IMG/VR virus record: IMGVR_UViG_2563366825_000009
Coordinates: 1-16,694 of that record
DNA: 16,694 nucleotides
DNA from: a virus
Lineage: Duplodnaviria; Heunggongvirae; Uroviricota; Caudoviricetes
Reading direction: 5' to 3' (one strand)
Made by a program: the position numbers and the translations under genes. Positions 14,599-16,694 of the stretch are shown piece by piece (the first letter of the stretch is position 1; each line of letters opens with the position of its first letter). The notes under the pieces are model-generated. The model saw nothing but the letters and a program-made list of their open reading frames with translations. It was not told the DNA's origin and ran no database searches.

Positions 14599-15347
14599 TT
14601 CATTTTCACGGTGGTCCAATAACTCCCGATACCTGTGCGTTGAAAGCCTGGAAAGGCAGACACGCATTCATCAGTTTTGCTAATCCAGCTCAGATTGATC
14701 TGGCTTCCGAAGTCACCCAATCATTTGCTCTTGATAATGGTGCATTCACATTCTGGACAAAAAACAAGGCCATAGACTGGAATGAATATTACAGATTTGT
14801 TGAACGCTGGGGTAATCACCCTCGTTTCTCATTCGCGGTTATCCCGGATGTTATCGGCGGAACCAGTGAAGAGAATGACGCCCTGATTGCGGCATGGCCT
14901 CACGGTAAATTTATTGGTGCTCCGGTGTGGCACATGAACGAACCAGATGAGCGATTTATTCGTCTGTGCCATGAGTTTCCCCGCGTCTGCATCGGCTCGA
15001 TGGGGGAATACGATGCAAAACGACCGAGAGCGTGTCGGGCTAAACTACGCGATCTTATACGTCATGTTGTAGATCAGTACGGCTACCCAATCACCAAGAT
15101 TCATGGGTTACGGATGTTAAATAAAGACATTTTTACTCATGTACCGCTTTCGTCTGCAGACAGCACGAACGTCGCAAGAAATATAGGCATCGACAAATCC
15201 TGGGTAGGTTCGCCATATGCTCCCGCAAGTAAAGAAACCCGTACGCAAGTTCTTGTGGAACGCATTGAATCATTCAACAGTGCCAGTTCACTTAATTACA
15301 ACGCTGAACGGGACGTCTTTACCCCTCAACTGGCATTCGAAGTGTGA
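14595..15347 (+). CDS. TGT-superfamily protein lacking the zinc subdomain; DpdA-like DNA transglycosylase candidate (250 aa)
   Basis: Co-linear matches to recalled tRNA-guanine transglycosylase motifs: ALDNGAF (cf. LTDSGGFQ), IPDVIGG, CIGSMGEY (cf. GGLAVGE), KIHGL (cf. LMGVG), SADSTNVARN (cf. MFDCVMPTRNARNG). The protein ends at about 250 aa with no CxCxxC..H zinc motif. Confidence 0.5.
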   Translation: MIHFHGGPITPDTCALKAWKGRHAFISFANPAQIDLASEVTQSFALDNGAFTFWTKNKAIDWNEYYRFVERWGNHPRFSFAVIPDVIGGTSEENDALIAAWPHGKFIGAPVWHMNEPDERFIRLCHEFPRVCIGSMGEYDAKRPRACRAKLRDLIRHVVDQYGYPITKIHGLRMLNKDIFTHVPLSSADSTNVARNIGIDKSWVGSPYAPASKETRTQVLVERIESFNSASSLNYNAERDVFTPQLAFEV

Positions 15348-15354
15348 GGCCAAT

Positions 15355-15570
15355 ATGACAATAGAACATAATAACGCCCTTCGCAGCATTGCCCGTCAGG
15401 CTAATTCTGAAATCAAAAAAGCCAGACAGCAGTTTCCGGATAAAAACGTCGATGACATTTGCCGTAGTGTACTGAAGAAGCACCGCGAAACGGTAACGCT
15501 GATGGGATTCACACCGACTCACTTAAGTCTGGCAATCGGTATGTTAAACGGCGTCTTTAAGGAACGGTGA
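15355..15570 (+). CDS. Hypothetical protein (71 aa)
   Basis: ATG at 15355 with a GAGG-type Shine-Dalgarno upstream, 8 nt after the DpdA-like stop; followed by an intrinsic terminator. The track ORF 15217..15570 overlaps the previous gene and was shortened. Confidence 0.5.
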   Translation: MTIEHNNALRSIARQANSEIKKARQQFPDKNVDDICRSVLKKHRETVTLMGFTPTHLSLAIGMLNGVFKER

Positions 15571-15590
15571 ACATGAAAAGCAAAATCATC

Positions 15591-15616
15591 AGGGAGCTAC
15601 AGGCTCCTTTTTTATT
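15591..15616 (+). terminator. Rho-independent terminator
   Basis: AGGGAGC (15591-15597), loop TACAG, GCTCCTT (15603-15609), then a T-run; about 20 nt after the stop at 15570. Confidence 0.55.
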
Positions 15617-15668
15617 ATTCGCATTCACCCTCAAGCGTATTAACCAACAATTCAGGGATTAATGGAAG

Positions 15669-15890
15669 ATGGCAGACCTCATTGATTCAGCATCAGAAAT
15701 TGAAGAATTACAGCGCAACACAGCAATAAAAATGCGCCGCCTGAACCACCAGGCTATATCTGCCACTCATTGTTGTGAGTGTGGCGATCCCATAGATGAG
15801 CGAAGACGCCTGGCCGTTCAGGGTTGTCGGACTTGTGCAAGTTGCCAGGAGGATCTGGAGCTTATCAGTAAACAGAGAGGTTCGAAGTGA
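15669..15890 (+). CDS. TraR/DksA-family C4 zinc-finger protein (73 aa)
   Basis: CCECGDPI...CRTCASC four-cysteine motif and size typical of phage TraR-like proteins. Confidence 0.75.
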   Translation: MADLIDSASEIEELQRNTAIKMRRLNHQAISATHCCECGDPIDERRRLAVQGCRTCASCQEDLELISKQRGSK

Positions 15891-16694
15891 GCGAAATTAA
15901 CTATCAGGAACTGCGTGAAAAGGCAGAGAAAGCAACTAAAGGAAGCTACATCGTAGGGCATACATCTGTTAACCAGCACGGCAATTTAACAGGAGTTTTT
16001 GTTTGTCAAAAATGGAAAGGAGAACCCGGTGGCGTGATTGCCGAATGTCATGTTAACTGCCTGATTGAATCAGATGCTCAGGCTTATGCAAACGCTGAAT
16101 TTATAGCAGATGCTAACCCAGCTACCGTACTGGCGCTACTGGATGAACGGGAAAGAAACCAGCAATACATCAAACGCCGCGACCAGGAGAACGAGGATAT
16201 TGCGCTTACGGTTGGGAAGCTGAGAGTTGAGCTTGAGGAAGTAAAACAACACGCTGAAGAATTATCCGAAACCAAGGCTGTTCGTAACCAATGGCGGCCA
16301 GATATTTGCCCAATAACCGGACGTGCATTTTTCATGTGGATTGAGCATCCAACATTGGGAAATGTGCCGACATATGGTGGCCCATTAGATAGTTACACCA
16401 TTCCAACAAAGGACGGTGACGGTGAGTTTTCATGTGAGCGTTACGATCATGATTTTGGCGGTTGGGTAGAAAGCGAATGTCTTGGGTTATATCTGATTGA
16501 TGATAGAGAACAATGCAGGGTCTACGAACTGGAGGAACGCGTTAAGGAACTGGATGCTCGGGAAATATCGCTCCCGGAACGTAGCAGCATGCTTCATCGA
16601 ACAGATTTTCACGATGATTACCAAACGGTAATGGCATACAAAGTTTCTGAAGTCATCGCTGCAATCCGCGCCGCAGGCATTCGCATCAAAGGAG
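15887..16694 (+). CDS. Ead/Ea22-like protein, 3'-partial (runs off the window end)
   Basis: Open frame from a GTG at 15887 (overlapping the TraR-like stop, GTGA) to the window end, at least 269 codons; begins VSEINYQELREKAEKATKGSYIVG. Family assignment is from memory. Absent from the ORF track because no stop lies in the window. Confidence 0.45.
   Translation, partial: MSEINYQELREKAEKATKGSYIVGHTSVNQHGNLTGVFVCQKWKGEPGGVIAECHVNCLIESDAQAYANAEFIADANPATVLALLDERERNQQYIKRRDQENEDIALTVGKLRVELEEVKQHAEELSETKAVRNQWRPDICPITGRAFFMWIEHPTLGNVPTYGGPLDSYTIPTKDGDGEFSCERYDHDFGGWVESECLGLYLIDDREQCRVYELEERVKELDAREISLPERSSMLHRTDFHDDYQTVMAYKVSEVIAAIRAAGIRIKG

Noticed and set aside
12870-15522. Minus-strand ORFs antisense to recT, exo and the DpdA-like gene (12870..13499, 13873..14214, 14123..14440, 14317..14667, 14487..14720, 15319..15522), and 16084..16335 antisense to the Ea22-like ORF
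   Set aside because: Each is fully contained in a well-supported sense gene, lacks a ribosome-binding site and has a low-complexity translation. Typical shadow ORFs.
1-16694. CRISPR arrays, integrase/attachment sites, rRNA genes
   Set aside because: No spaced direct repeats with unique spacers were seen; the 7-bp array at 1-95 has no spacers. No integrase or tRNA-type attachment site lies in the window, and nothing resembles rRNA.

Overview
This window is the immunity and early region of a lambda-like (lambdoid) prophage from an enterobacterium, lying inverted relative to the conventional lambda map. Everything here is read by eye from the sequence and the supplied ORF track, with protein identities based on recalled lambda sequences and motifs; no database search or RNA folding was run, so all identities need confirmation. 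Minus strand, transcribed from PR (5857 down to 279): cro, a 97-aa gene in the cII position, a non-lambda replication module (125-aa ORF, SF2 helicase, zinc-ribbon/Toprim primase, DUF1367), ninG, ninH, a Q-type antiterminator, then a Hok/Gef-family toxin gene absent from the ORF track. Plus strand: a lambda-like cI with lambda-type operators, a 100-aa ORF in the rexAB position, a pL-like promoter with a boxB-like hairpin and rrn-consensus boxA, an N-like frame that appears frameshifted, and a complete IS21-family element (istA/istB, 7-bp target duplication). Downstream come a low-GC secreted-protein gene, an AntA-like gene, small unknown genes, a Gam-like ORF, RecT, lambda-type Exo, a TGT-superfamily (DpdA-like) gene, a TraR-like gene and a 3'-partial Ea22-like ORF. 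The most interesting candidate is the DpdA-like transglycosylase, which suggests 7-deazaguanine modification of phage DNA. The window opens inside a 13-copy GGTCGCT tandem repeat.
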